Shown one piece after another: positions 12,012-26,828 of a stretch of 64,000 bases of DNA (the stretch's first letter is position 1; every line of letters starts with the position of its first letter). The notes beneath the pieces were generated by a model. The model had not been told where the DNA came from, ran no database searches, and was given only the letters and a program-made list of their open reading frames with translations. The position numbers and the translations under genes were made by a program. Origin of the DNA: Octopus sinensis (lineage: Eukaryota); the NCBI RefSeq assembly GCF_006345805.1, contig NC_043019.1:31867360-31931359 (forward strand). Reading direction: 5' to 3'.

Positions 12012-12617
12012 ATTATTATTATTATCAGCACGATGGACCAATTGCTCAGAATCATTTCTTTGAATACTTTAAAGCTTTCAGACATCCACACTCAATCTAT
12101 TCTTCCTCTACCTATTACAGAGGCCTTACCTATTAGAAAAGCTTTTCTTCTGACTGAGCTCAATGAATTCCTCATCTCAGTGATTTCACTGAGAACCTTA
12201 CTGTAGTTTAGTAGTTTTAATTACAAGACCAGCTTATTTCAATGATTTTTTTTTTTATTATTGTTGTTGTCCTTCAAATCTCAGGTATACAAGAAGAGCG
12301 AGGTAGAATCTACAATGTTCTGGATACATTGTGTGTCTGATCTTAATGTTATTTTCTGCGAGCTCAATAATATTTCAGCAACAAACACATGGGGACTTTG
12401 TGTGGCACTTGCCATTAAGTGGACACGACACCTAGTGTTGCTGTTACAGATGTAATTTTGTGAGTGGGTCTGACTTTTTCTTAGATGTGTGTGTGTGTGC
12501 ATGTGTGTGTATTCATGATATCAGGTTTCTGATGTTTTCCAGTCAACTATAGCTAACATTTATGCTATTTTTATTTGACAGCTTATGGTACTTGATTTTT
12601 TATGAGGAAATGTTTTA

Positions 12618-12655
<38 letters not shown>

Positions 12656-12931
12656 AATATATGCATGTGTATGAGTGTGCACTCACACACATGTATGTTT
12701 GTGTGTGTGTGTGTATGTGTGTGATGTTATTGTGTGACCTATTACTCTGAAAAGTTTACCAATAAAACATTTATATGCTTACCTCATACATACATATATA
12801 TAGAAAGACATACATACACACTACAGCTCTGTCACCATATTAATATATATCAATGTGTATATGTGTGTATATATATATATGTATAGATGTATGTATATAT
12901 GGAGAGAGATGTGTATCTATGTGTGTGTCTC

Positions 12932-12988
<57 letters not shown>

Positions 12989-13690
12989 ATGTATGTATGT
13001 ATGTGTATATGTATGTATGTATGTATGTGTATATGTATGTATATTTCATTTGTTTGTGAATGACAGGAGCAGTTTTAATTCAAAATAGCAAACAGATACA
13101 TCATTGAAAGTCTGATAAACATGATATTTGTCCTGAGATAAGATCTCTGATAGACATACATATTTAAAAAAACACAAATACATCAACAGCAGATGAAAAT
13201 CATCCACCAGCAGTGGCGTCATTGCTAACTGTGCATTTCTGTCTGGTTGGGCTGCGTCAATAGCATATATCCCCAGGCATTTGTATGTTAACACAAAATC
13301 ACATTGCTAAACTGAACTTATATTGCTTCTGTTGCACATAACGAATTTTATTCAGCCTGCCAGCATATTGTGACATCAGTAATTCTTCAATAACTATTTT
13401 ACTATATCAGTAGCAGGCGATTTTGTCCTAGCATGTGGTTTTTGGTGGCTCAAGATTTTTGGTACTATGCGGTGTCGTACTGTTTGGTGGTTGGTGTAGC
13501 TTTCAATTCCAAAGTTTATATACATAAAGATATACATACATGCATACATACACACACATATATATATTATATATCATTATCATTATCATTTAACCATCCC
13601 TTGTCCATGCTAGTATGGGTTGGATGGTTTGACCAGGCTGGTAAGATATGGATTCAGAGAATCATGTGGCTCTTATAGAAAGCTCCTTCA

Positions 13691-13728
<38 letters not shown>

Positions 13729-14025
13729 TCACACATGTTTGTGTGTGTGCCATACTGGTGGCTGGTGGGTACTTGTCATTGATAAAACTCACTTCCTACT
13801 CCAGCTACCCCTTTCCATACTTGACCACCTCTTCACTGGCATGTAAGCAAGCAACTTTTATATGGTGTCTGCAATCTCTCTCTCTCTCTCCCCTTATTTA
13901 TCTATATATCTATCGAACTCCCACCATTCCACATCTGCCACCATTTTTCTTTTCTTTTACATGGCGGCAGAATATTGTTTCAGTGGTTTTTAAATTGTCA
14001 CCACAGAATCCTCTTGAACAGTAAA

Positions 14026-14059
<34 letters not shown>

Positions 14060-14180
14060 ACACCACCACTGTTGCTACTACTACTACTACCACTACAACT
14101 GCTGCTGCTGCTGCCACTGTTGCTACTACTACTACTTGTATTAATACTCCCACCACCACCACTACTACTACTGCTCCTGA

Positions 14181-14220
<40 letters not shown>

Positions 14221-14435
14221 GATATTACTACTACTACAGATGCTGCTGCTGCTACCGCTGTTGCCACTACTAGTATTACTACTCCCACCACCACCACCAC
14301 TGCTGCTGCTGCTGCTACATCATCAACAACAACAGCATCAAGCCAAATTATGCATTACTGTCATCTTCAGAAAGGACAAATATTAGTTTAAACTACTCAA
14401 ACACCCACTTCTTCCAAACTGATTTATTTACTTAC

Positions 14436-14468
<33 letters not shown>

Positions 14469-14504
14469 GTTATTATTATTATTATTAGTTAATATTATTA
14501 TTAC

Positions 14505-14542
<38 letters not shown>

Positions 14543-14607
14543 GTTATTATTATTATTATTAGTTAATATTATTATTACTATTATTATTATTATTATTATT
14601 ATTATTA

Positions 14608-14674
<67 letters not shown>

Positions 14675-14690
14675 GTTATTATTATTATTA

Positions 14691-14729
<39 letters not shown>

Positions 14730-14732
<3 letters not shown>

Positions 14733-16523
14733 TAGTTTTATTTTTATAACGTGCTTTCACTTCACTACCAAGCGCAGCTCTGTGTGCCTTGGGTATGTGC
14801 TGTGATTTGTTGTGATGCTCTGATGGTTATTGTATGGAAAGTGTTCTGCGTAGGATGTGTGCAGTGCCTAGTAGTGCAATTTTCTGTATGTTATATGTGT
14901 TTGTAAGTCCTGGTGTTTTTGTTATGTATTTGTCTGAATATTTTTTTATCATGCCTAATGCACCTACTATGATAGGAATTGTTTCTGTTTTCAGGTTCCA
15001 CATTCTAGTTACCTCTATTTCCAGGTCTTTGTATTTTGAGAGTTTCTCCATTTCTTTTAGAGACACGTTGTCATCTGCCGGTATTGATACATCAATTAGA
15101 AAGCATTTTTTTTCCTCATGATCTCTGACAACTATATCTGGTCTGTTGGCCTTAATTTCTCTATCTGTGTGTATCGGCATATCCCAGAGTATGGTTGCTT
15201 TCTCGTTTTCTGTGACCTTTTCTGGTGTGTACCTATACCATCTTTTTTCTGTTGTTATTCCATAATGTTGGCATAGCTTCCAATGTATGTAGGTTCCAAC
15301 TCTGTCATGTCTGTGAATATATTCCTTCTTAGCCAGGACTGGGCAGCTAGAGATAATATGATTTATTGTTTCTTGTCCATCTCCACATATTCTGCAGTTA
15401 CTTGTAATATTTTTTTCATTACATGTTTTTGGTAATTTCTGGTGGGGAGGCTTTGGTCTTGTGCTGCAATTAAAAATCCCTCTGTTTCTGCTTTGAGTCC
15501 TGAGCTTCTCAACCATTGCTGGGATTTTTCTTTGTCTATTTCTTTTGCGTTTAGTTTAGTGCAGTATTTACCATGAAGGGGTTTTTCTTGCCATCGTTTT
15601 ATCATGGCTCGTTGCTGTTCTATTTTTAGTTTGGATTTCATTTGTTTTATAGCTTTTGTTGTTTCTTCATCATCTTCTTCTTCTTCTTTGTGTTTATTAG
15701 GTGGTATGATTTCTTGTTTGTATTTGTCAGCTTCCTTAAATACTGAGAACAGGTTTTTGTTTTGCTCGTGTTTTGCTGCTATCTGGATCAGTTTTCCTTC
15801 CTTCTGGAGTAGGTATTTTTGCAGTCCTATGGTGGTTATTTTATAATAGTTTTCCAGCTGTATAAGACCTCTACCACCTTCTATACGTTGTATATATAGT
15901 CTTTCTATGTCAGATTTTGGGTGATGCATCCTAGATCCTGTCAGTATTTTTCTTGTTTTCCTATCTATTTTGGACAGTTCATTTCGTGTCCAGTTAAGGA
16001 TATTGTAGCTGTAACTTATAACTGGGACAGCTAAAATGTTGATACCTATTATCTTGTTTTTAGCATTGAGCTCTGTTTTTAGTATTGATCTAACTCGTCT
16101 ATAATATTCTTTTTTTATTTTCTCTTTCATTTGTGTGTGTTGTGTCTTATCTAGTTCATGGATTCCTAAGTATTGTAAGTTTGGCTTTGGTCTAATTCTT
16201 TTATTTCATTGGTTTTATCTAGTGTGATGTTGTTACTCTTAACTAGTTTTCCTCTTTTCATGGTTACTTTGGCGCATTTTTCTAATCCAAATTTCATATC
16301 TATTTCTTTGGTAAATCCATGAACTGTCTTAATAGTGTTTCCAGCTGTTTGTCATTTGCAGCGTATAGTTTTAGGTCATCCATATATAAAAGGTGGCTGA
16401 TCGTTTTGCCGTAACATTTATATCCGCATCCAGTTCTATTTAGCATATCAGATAGAGGTGACAGTGCCAAGCAGAAAAGGAGTGGAGAGAGCGTGTCTCC
16501 CTGGAATATTCCTCTTCTAATGG

Positions 16524-16526
<3 letters not shown>
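14730..16526 (-). mobile_element. 5'-truncated R4/Dong-type non-LTR retrotransposon (RT + CCHC + restriction-like endonuclease) inserted in (TAA)n
   Basis: RT motifs IPIRRGIFQGDTLSPLLF and LLYMDDLKLY; thumb region MHHPKSDIERLY..GGRGL; CCHC knuckle CRICG..ETINHIISSC; RLE motifs RPDIVV..IDVSIP..EK.SKY. Stop at 14827, ~97-bp 3' UTR. (TAA)n on both flanks, consistent with known Dong targeting of TAA repeats. Confidence 0.93.
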
Positions 16527-16566
<40 letters not shown>

Positions 16567-18209
16567 TATTATTATTATTATCATTATTATTATTATTATA
16601 TTATTATTATTATTATATTATTATTATTAGTTATTTTTATTATGCTTTATTGCTGTCCCCAGTATCTTGGAGGTCCTTCTGGCCAGTAACAGAAATTATC
16701 CTCCTCCTCCTCCTCCTCATCATCATCATCATCATTATCATTATTATTACATAAGGTGATGAGCTGGCAGAATTGTTAGTACGCCAGGTGAAATGCTTAA
16801 TGCATTTCGCTTGTCTTTTATGTTCTGAGTTCAAATTCCACCGAGGTCGACTTTGTCTTTCATCTTTTTTCTTTTTTGGTGGGGTTTAATGGTGGTGGCG
16901 TCGATGTAATAGGCTGCACAGTGGACAGCTTTAAAGTGAGAATCACCCTTTCTTGATCTCCTCTTTCCTATAACCCTTCCTCCTCCTCCTACTACTACTT
17001 CACTTCTTTTTCTCCACCTCCTTCTCCTCTTTCTACTACTATTCTGGTACTATTTCTTAACTCCCCTCCTCTTACTCCTACTACAACAAATACAACTATT
17101 ACTATTTTTCCTCCTCCTTCTACTACTACTATACTTTTTCTCCTCCTTCTTCTCCTACTACTACTATACTTTTCCTCCTCCTTCTCTTCTTCCTCCTGCT
17201 ACTACTATTTCTTTTCCTCTTCCTCCTACTGTTTCTTTTCCTCTTCTTCTCCTCTACCTCCTCCTCCTCCTCCTCCTCCTCCTCCTACTACTACTACTAT
17301 TCTTCCTCCTCCTCCTCCCCCACCTCCTCCTACTACTACTGTTTCTTTTCTCCTCCTACCTTCCTACTACTACTACTACTACTATTTCTTTTCCTCTTCC
17401 TCCTCCTCCTCTTACTGTTTCTTTTCCCCTTCTCATACTTTTCCTCCTCCTCCTACTGTTTCTTTTCCCCTTCTCATACTCTTCCTACTTCTATTTCTTT
17501 TCCTCCTCTCCCTTCTACTACTACTACTACTACTACCTCTATTTCTTTTCATCCTCCTCTGCACCCTTCTCTCCCTCTTCCTCTTCCTTTGAACACTAAG
17601 CTGTTAGCCCTTTTCCTCCAGAAACAAATATATTCTCCACTGCGTATTCATATTCTTCCTTGGCTTCTTTCATTATGGTCCTTACAATATTCTTCAGGCT
17701 TTTAGTGGAAGACTCCGGCTTTTTGGAACGATAATAGTCAATGACGTAAATTGGATAAACTTGCTTCTGCCTTGTCTCTTGTTTTTTCCGGTTTTTTTAA
17801 ATTTTGATGCATATGTTTTTTTTTTTGTTTTTCATTTGACCCTTTTCCATCATGTAGTCACAGGCTGTGTGTTTGAGAGCATTTCTTCTCAACCACTTGG
17901 TTGCAGGTTCAGTCCCACTGCGTGACACCTTAGGCAAGTGTCTTCGGTTTATGTAGCTTCCAGGCAGACCAATAACTCGTGTGTGAATTCAGTAGATGGA
18001 AAATGGGTGGAAGCCTGTTTTTCATATACATGTGCATGTGTGTATGTGTGCATGTGTGTGAGGAGGTGTCTTTGTATTTGTCATTGTCTCTTCTTCTTAC
18101 TTTTTCCAATTCTTCTTCTTCTTCTTTGTTTACATCATCAGAGTAGTATTAGTAAATTACTATTTTTAAATCTCACAAGAGATAGTCAGCAACAGTACTT
18201 TGGAGGAAC

Positions 18210-18548
18210 GATTATTTGCCAACATAACATGGCAGTCCTGGTTTAGGACGAATGTTACTGTAATTTAGCCCCAGGAGACATCGTCTACAGCTGGCTATAC
18301 GGCACGATCTGTGTCCTTATATTTTCGAACAAGGGAAACTAGCACCCCCACTCAGCTCAAAACAATAACCCGGAAATTGCAATACACAGATATTGTTTTG
18401 AGCTGAGTGTGGGTGCTAGGTTCCCTTGTTCGAAAATATAAGGACACAGATCGTGACATATAGCCAGCTGGAGACAATGTCTCCTGGGGCCAAATTACAG
18501 TAACATTCGTCCTAAACCAGGACTGCCATGTTATGTTGGCAAACAATC
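18210..18548. mobile_element. Long foldback (palindromic) element with a deleted apex
   Basis: Arms gattatttgccaacataacatggcagtcctgg... / ...ccaggactgccatgttatgttggcaaacaatc are near-perfect reverse complements over ~150 bp. Same family as 37397-37785. Confidence 0.9.
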
Positions 18549-19565
18549 TTTACATCAGAGTAGTAGTTGTAGTAGTGATGGTAAGGGGGTAGTACTAGTA
18601 GGTGGTGGAGGTTGTGGTAGTGGTAGTAGTACTAGTAGTAATGGTGGTGGTGGTGGTGGTGGTATTTGCAGTTGTAGTGTGGTGGTGGTGGTGCTGGTGG
18701 TGGTGTTGTCAGTGGCAGAAGTGGTAGTAGTAGCAGTGGTGGTGGTGGTAGTAGTAGTAATTGTGGTAGTCGCAGTGGTAGCAGAAGCAGTAGTAATAAT
18801 AGTAGCAGTAGTAGTAGTAGTAGTAGCTTTTGCTTCTTCTGCCTTCCATCTTTTCCTTTTCTTAGTTTTGCCACTTAAACATCATTGACTGAAGTTTTTT
18901 CTTTTTCTTTTTTCACCCTCCTCCTCCCACGTCCCTCATTTTTTTCTCTTCTCCCAATTCCTTGAGGTTTCTCTCCCTCCCCAATCCCCACCAACACTAT
19001 CAAGTCCTAGCTTTGCCTCCCTGGAACCTTCTGTGTCCTGCTGTAACAACCTCTCACACACCCACAAGCTCCTTGTACACCACAAGCTGTCTCCACCCTA
19101 AGCCTGTCCCCACCCTGCCCTCCCACTCTCGCCCCTACCCAGGCAGTCGTTTTCTCTTTACAACACTCCACTTGCCACAGGACACCCACCCACCCATGTC
19201 CCCTTTTTACTTCTACAAACATTATCCCACCCCCACCCACCACCTCCTACTCCACCCTGTTCTCCTGTCCACACTTCTGTACTTAAGCTTCGGCTACCTT
19301 CCCCACCCTTATGTGTAATGAGTGACACACAGAGACACACATACCCATCTACACTATCAAGTACACACACACAAACACATACATATGTGGCTTACACATC
19401 TACACCAACACATATTCACACACCAACACACACATACATATATACACATCTACTCCAACACTTATGCACATACACACACATATATGATATACACATCTAC
19501 ATCACACACACATATATATGACACACACACACATACACACACTTATACATTCATACAGTGATATG

Positions 19566-19626
<61 letters not shown>

Positions 19627-19629
19627 TAT

Positions 19630-20832
19630 ATATATATGTACATGTACACATACATATACAAAGATATATATATACAAATATTATACACATGTATGAATGA
19701 TTACTTGCCAATGCATTCATACAACAGTAGCTATTTGCATATGTGAGTAGTCACATGACTCACACACATCCACACACAGAGACACATCCATACACACATG
19801 AACACACACATATCTTTGCCCATTTATCATCATTCATTTCATGTCCATCTTCCATGCTGGCATGGGTTGAACATTTCGACAGGATCCAACAGGCCAGAAG
19901 ACTATGTTGAGCTCCAATGTCTGCTTTGGTATGGTTTCCAGAGCTGGATGTTTTTCTTAACCCTCTCAGATCTGGGCCCCTGTGTCTAACTTTACCATCT
20001 GCACAGGATCCAGAGCAAAGAATGATTAAATAGTTGCATATATGAAGGCGCAGGTGTGGCTGAGTGGTAAGAAGCTTGCTTCCCAACAACATGGTTCTAG
20101 TTTTAGTCCCATTGCGTCGCACCTTGGGCAAATGTCTTCTACTACAGCCTCAGGCTGATCAAAGCCTTGTGAGAAGATTTGGTAGATGGAAACTGAAAGA
20201 AGCCTATCATATATATATATATATACACACAAACATAAATATATAATATATATGTACATATGCACATACATATACAAAGATATATATATACAAATACTAT
20301 ATACATGTATGAATGATTACTTGCCAATGCATTCATACGACATGTAGCTATTTGCATATGTGAGTAGTCACATGACTCACACACATCCACACACAAAAAC
20401 ACAGAGACACATACAAACACACATGAACACACACATATCTTTGCCCATTATATCATCATTCATTTCATGTCCATCTTCCATGCTGGCATGGGTTGAACAG
20501 TTCGACAGGATCCAACAGGCCAGAAGACTATGTTGAGCTCCAATGTCTGCTTTGGAATGGTTTCCAGAGCTGGATGTTTTTCTTAACCCTCTCAGATCTG
20601 TGGCCCCTGTGTCTAACTTTACCATCTACTCAGGCTCCAGAGCAAAGAATGATTAAATAGTTGCATATATGAAGGCGCAGGTGTGGCTGTGTGGTAAGAA
20701 GCTTGCTTCCCAACAACATGGTTCTAGTTTTAGTCCCATTGCGTCGCACCTTGGGCAAATGTCTTCTACTACAGCCTCAGGCTGATCAAAGCTTTGTGAG
20801 AAGATTTGGTAGATGGAAACTGAAAGAAGCCT

Positions 20833-20896
<64 letters not shown>

Positions 20897-20905
20897 CACA
20901 CAAAC
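19630..20905. repeat. Older tandem duplication, 2 x ~627 bp, with scattered substitutions
   Basis: ORFs at 20064 and 20691 (offset 627). Several visible differences, e.g. gaacatttcg/gaacagttcg and gccttg/gctttg. Junctions lie in TA-rich tracts. Confidence 0.9.
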
Positions 20906-21028
20906 ATAAATATATAATATATATGTATGTGTATATATATATATATATGTATGTGTATATATATATATATGTATGTGTGTATATATATAATATATATATA
21001 TATATATGTATGTGTATATGTGTAATTG

Positions 21029-21066
<38 letters not shown>

Positions 21067-21087
21067 TATATAGATATATATATATAT

Positions 21088-21129
<42 letters not shown>

Positions 21130-21141
21130 ATATATATATGC

Positions 21142-21189
<48 letters not shown>

Positions 21190-22576
21190 TATATATATAT
21201 ACATACACACATATATATATATATACATACACACATTATATATATATAATATATATACATATATATATATACATACAGGACCTGGTGTGGCTGTGTGGTA
21301 AGAAGTTTGCTTCTGAGCCACATAGTTCCGGGTTCAGTCCCACTGCATGGTACCTTGAACTAGTGTTTTCTATTATAGCCTCGGGCCAGATCTGTACAGG
21401 GCAACAAAACCATCCTGCATGCACACATCCAATGTCCGGGCATTACTGATTTGTTGAGCTTTGTCAAACAGCTTTTGTCATCTATAGGATGGATCTGGTT
21501 ATCAGCACTGAGTCCATCATACAGATTGACTTAGTCACCTTTGTTAGGCCAGGAAGGAAAGGCAGTTTTTCCTCTGTCTGCTGGCTATGGCGAAAGAGGT
21601 AGAGTGGTGGACAAGATTGAGAGGACTAAAGACAGATACTTTCCTCTTTGGCTGAGCCCTCATCAACTTTTTCAAGTTCCACTTGAAAAGTAAAGTGAAG
21701 GTAGAGAGAAAAGTTCTGCCCCCTCTTCCCCCAGTAAATTTGTTGAAAGTGGCTGATACCAGTGCCCCTCACTGGCTCCCATGCTAGTGTCATGTAAAAA
21801 GCACTATCAGAATGTGATTGATGCCAGGCCCACCTGAGTGGCTCCAGTGCTGGTGGCATGTAAAAAGCACCCACTACACTCTCAGAGTGGTTGGCTAATG
21901 CCAACCACTCTGAGAGTGTAGTGCAAGGGCATCCAGCCATAGCAATATTGCCAGATCAGACTGGAGCCTGATGCAGCGGCTGGCTCCCCAGACATCAGTC
22001 AAACCGTCCAACTCATGCCAGCATGGAAAACGGGTGTTAAACGTCAACGATGATGATGATGATGATGATGTGGGTGAATATGGCACAGATGGCTCATGTG
22101 AATGGGCCTGTTCTGAACTTTTGCTTGTAGAGGAGGAGAGAGCTGCCTCCTGATTTGCACCTGGTGGTCAGGATGTGTGGGGTTCCATGATTGTTCCTGT
22201 GAGGAACTCCCCACTTTTGGGATTTTTTTTTCTTGTTTAATTGTTTTGTTAACTGTTACTGTTACTTATTGTATACACAACATTGCTCAACATCGCCCCA
22301 CTTGTCCCTATTTGTCTTTGTGTTCAGTCCTTGTGGCCAATAAAGACACCATTATTATTATGAAGGCAGTGAGCTAGCAGAACCGTTAGCACACCAGGTA
22401 AAAACCTTAGCGGCATTTTGTCTGCCTTTATGTTCTGAGTTCAAATTCCACCGAGGTCGAATATGCCTTTCATCCATTCAGGGTCGATGAAATAAGTACC
22501 AGTTGAGTACTAGGGTCAATGTAATCAACTGGTCCCCTCCCACAAAATTTCAGGTCTTGTATCTTTTAGAGAAAGA

Positions 22577-22632
<56 letters not shown>

Positions 22633-22646
22633 CATCATCATCATCA

Positions 22647-22709
<63 letters not shown>

Positions 22710-23070
22710 GGAAAGGACAAAAGAGAATAAGAAGAAACCAAAACATGAATGAGAAGGGAGGCTTTTTTTGGCAGTGTGGAAAATACAAAAGGGGATTCCT
22801 GGGCCTCCTGTGACCAGGGAACTGTTGGGATGTAAGGGTGAGGTGGCAGAGGGATTATTGGGGAGGCGGAAGGGAAGATGGTTTGTACAGGAACCATCAC
22901 TACCATTCCACACACCTACCTCTTTGTCAACAGTTCACTACTTCACCACCACCACCACCACCACCACCACCACTGCCACTAGGCTTGACTATCAGAGGCT
23001 TTGCTGGAAGTACTACAGACACATACATATATACATGTACAGGCACTTTGATATACACACACATATGTAC

Positions 23071-23101
<31 letters not shown>

Positions 23102-23254
23102 CACTCACACACATCCTGTATATATGTGTGTGTGTGTATATATATACATATATATATATACATATATATATATATACTCACACACACCTTGTATATTCAT
23201 ATATATGTGTAAGCATATATGTATGTATATATATACGTATACATGTGTGTATAG

Positions 23255-23290
<36 letters not shown>

Positions 23291-23389
23291 CATATATAGA
23301 CATATATATATATATACACACACACACACATATATATATTATATATATTTTATATATATATATATACATATACACACATATAACGTGTA

Positions 23390-23434
<45 letters not shown>

Positions 23435-23865
23435 TGTGTGTGTCTGTACGGAAGGGAGGCAGTTAAAAAGTGGAAGCATGAATGTGGGGAGGAAGGAAAG
23501 ATGGTAGCAGGGGTGGGCGGCTTTGTTGATGTTGGTGGCAGTGGAGATAGAGTTGTTGTTGTTGTTGTCGTTGCTATCGGTGGCAGTGAAAGGTTGTGCT
23601 AGACCTTGTTAAAAAGAAAACATGACTTCCAGGAGAAGAAGAGTTTTAGTGGGGAAAATGGAGGGTTAAAAAACAAAACAACCCTTAAAAGTTTTCACTG
23701 TGAAAGTCCTTTTTTTGTTTTGTTTTGTTCTGTTTTGTTTTTTTGCTCTTAGTTTTTTTTTTTTATTCCTTTTTGTCTTTGTTTTTCTTTTCTTTCTCCA
23801 TGTTTATCTTGAGAATCTGTTAATGCATCCATTTACTTGAGGCATGTCCCTACCCCGCTCCTGAT

Positions 23866-23904
<39 letters not shown>

Positions 23905-24369
23905 TATATATATATATATATATATTATATAATATATATATATTATATATATATATATATAGGGGATGGGTGAGAGGGGAGAATGTTGTGGTAGCTTTAG
24001 TGGTTATCATAGTGTCAATAATGGTGATGGTGGTGGTGGTGGTAAAAGTGGTGAGTTGTTGCTGCTGCTGCTACTCCTGCTGCTGCTGCTTTTATACAAT
24101 GTTTCTTCCTAAAAATGTATAATAAGTGGGCATAAGCATTTTTATATAAACTGAGGGGACTTTCAAATTGCACATGTAGGTTTAGTGAAATCTTCCTCTA
24201 CACCAGTCATTACGGGTAAACTGTGGCCGTTGGACCTTTTGGAAAAGCATGCCAAACAAAAAATTACCCTGAATTTATTTTTAGTAGTGTAGCCTGTCGG
24301 ATGATGAACCATGTCTCGTGTGGCCCACTTCTCAAAAAAGGTTGCCCCGGCCTCACCTATACAAAAGTA

Positions 24370-25111
24370 TTACCCAACATAGTCTCCGTCGTAAGCAATG
24401 CATTTGCACTCTTGTTGGACCTTAAACCCAACTCTCAAATCCTCTTTGTCAAAGATTCAGGTATGCTCTGTTGGACCTGTTTCTTCACAGCCACTTTAAT
24501 CCCATCTATATTATCAAACTGTTGTCCTTCAAAAAACAGAACCAGTGGAGTTTGGAGGGCACCAGTGGGTGAGAAACTGCTCACCAGAACAATTTACCAA
24601 TGGTCAGGTTTGTTGTCAAAGATGTCCATGGTCACGAATTCTCACTGTGAATGAGGAGCATTTTCTGATTCTTGTTCAGGCGCTTCCTTTCCATGACTCC
24701 TCTAAACTTTTGAGAGTTTCAATGTACTGCTCATTGTTCATGGAACAGTTACACTACAGAAAATCAAGGAGGATGATGTTTCTGTTATTTCATAAAAACA
24801 GCCATTTTGCCCTTCTTTGTTGATCTCCAGTTCTTGAAACTTCTTTGGCTTTTGAGAAGAGTTGTGACACAATTCCATAGACATTGTTCTTGGATCACCT
24901 ATATTTCATCTTCTGTCACTAGATTGGAAAGAAAACCAAAAAAAACAAAACAAAACAAAACGTTTTCATTGATTTCAAATACTTCCAGCTGATGTGGGTA
25001 GGCTTCTACCCTCCTCTCCTTCAAAGCAAGTGCCAGCTGCTGATGTACCCACTTTGTTCACAATTTCTGGTACCCAAACTCTTTTACTGTCTTCTGAATG
25101 CCATGGAAGCT
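24370..25111 (-). pseudogene. Decayed mariner-family transposase
   Basis: Piecewise translation: FGYQKL*TKWVHQQL...RRVE...FLSNLVTEDEI* (VTGDETW), SMELCH.SS.KPKKF, NIILLDFL...MNNEQYIETLK, LLIHSENS*P (HDNARPH), and C-terminal KCIAYDGDYVG*. Many frameshifts and stops. Confidence 0.8.
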
Positions 25112-26735
25112 TGTGGCTTAATTGTTAGGGTATTCAGCTCATGAGCTTGAGTTCAATTCCTGGTGGCATGCTGTGGCCATGAGCAAGACACTTTCAAGAC
25201 TATTGAAAAGGTTGCAAGACGCAACGAAAATTTAAGGAAAAAGAAATAAGGACTCTCCCCAGACACAACAGCATATACTTCAACACATGAACTCATATAA
25301 AGAATCTTGCAAACCAAATCCAAAAACGAAATATATGTTTTTATATATATATGTATTATTTTAAGGAAATTAATTCCCCCAAAATACTAGGTATTGTACC
25401 AGTATTTCCTTGGATGAAACCATCCCTTCATGCAGTTAATACAACTTCTAATTGAATTGATATGTGTGTGTGTGTATTTATGTATATATGTATGAGTGTG
25501 TATGATCAACCCAGGGTACTTGCCCATGAATGGGAGCAAGCTTCTTAACCACACATCATAAAATGCCTGCCTGATTTTATGATCGAAAGCAGTCCAACCG
25601 TGACCATCCCATCTTCTATATTTATTTAATTCTCATTCTTCTTCTTATTTAACTGATTTCACTCATTGGATTGCAGCCCTATTGCAGCAATATCTTTAAG
25701 GATTTCAGTCAAACATTGGTAACAAGCATTAATATTGACCCCAAGTACCTTTTTAGTCTGGTACTTATTTTATCAATCTCTATTGTTGAACCACTAAATT
25801 ACTGGATGTAAACATGACACACACACACCACACACACACACAAACATACATGCAATTCCTCACATTGTCCTCTTTCTTTCTCAGTCCCTTTCTGTCTGTC
25901 TGTCTGTCTTTGTCTCCCCTCTCTCTCTCTCTCTCTCCTTCTCTCTCCCTGGCCCTCTCTCATCTCTCTCCCTTTTGCATACCTACACAATACATACCAG
26001 ACTTCTAAAAAAATTTAGTCCTGGGGTAGATTTGTTTCACTAAAAACCCCCCTCAAGGTGGTGCTCCAGCATGGCCACAACTCAATAACTGTATCAAATA
26101 AAAGATTAAAGATAAAAAGATCATAGTTTGGAGCCTTTGATCATAAAAGTATTCAGGCAGAGCTGACCTTGGGCTAAATAACAAAACCAGTCAACCACCA
26201 GCCACAACCATTACCACCACCACCACCACCACCACCACCACCACTACTTCTTGTTTTACTAGTCCTGCAGCAAACCACTTAACATGCCATTTAACCTTGT
26301 TTCTATACCCCTGCCCATTTCTCCCACCCCACCCTCTCTCTCCCTGTTTTCTCTCTCTGTTTCTCTCTCTATCTCTCTTTCCTTCTCTCTCTCTCTTTCT
26401 AGTTTCCACTCTTATTACCCATCACCTCACCATTTCAGCATTTAAAAAAAAAAAAAGAAGAAAAAAATGAGGTAAAAAAACACAAAAATTTGAAATAAAA
26501 ATGAAAAATAACAAAAACCACAATTTGAAATACAAACAAAAAGTTAACAAAAAAAAAAAACACCCTAACCTTTCGAAACATACATTAAAACAAAATAAAA
26601 ATTCCTACCCTTTTTATAACAAACCACCCTCAACTTAAAGTCAGCAGTAAAGTAATAAAAGCACTCATATTTTTTCACAGATTTTAGCTTATTATTATTA
26701 TTATTATAATCATTATTATTATTATTATTATTATT

Positions 26736-26828
<93 letters not shown>

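Noticed and set aside
11670-12206. 178-aa ORF
   Set aside because: It is an S3 repeat read through an (ATT)n tract, with no domain signature.
12285-12465. Possible host exon (ctcag acceptor, gtgagt donor)
   Set aside because: No frame stays open to the donor and no recognisable protein results.
24223-24654. 143-aa plus-strand ORF
   Set aside because: It is the antisense frame of the decayed mariner transposase.
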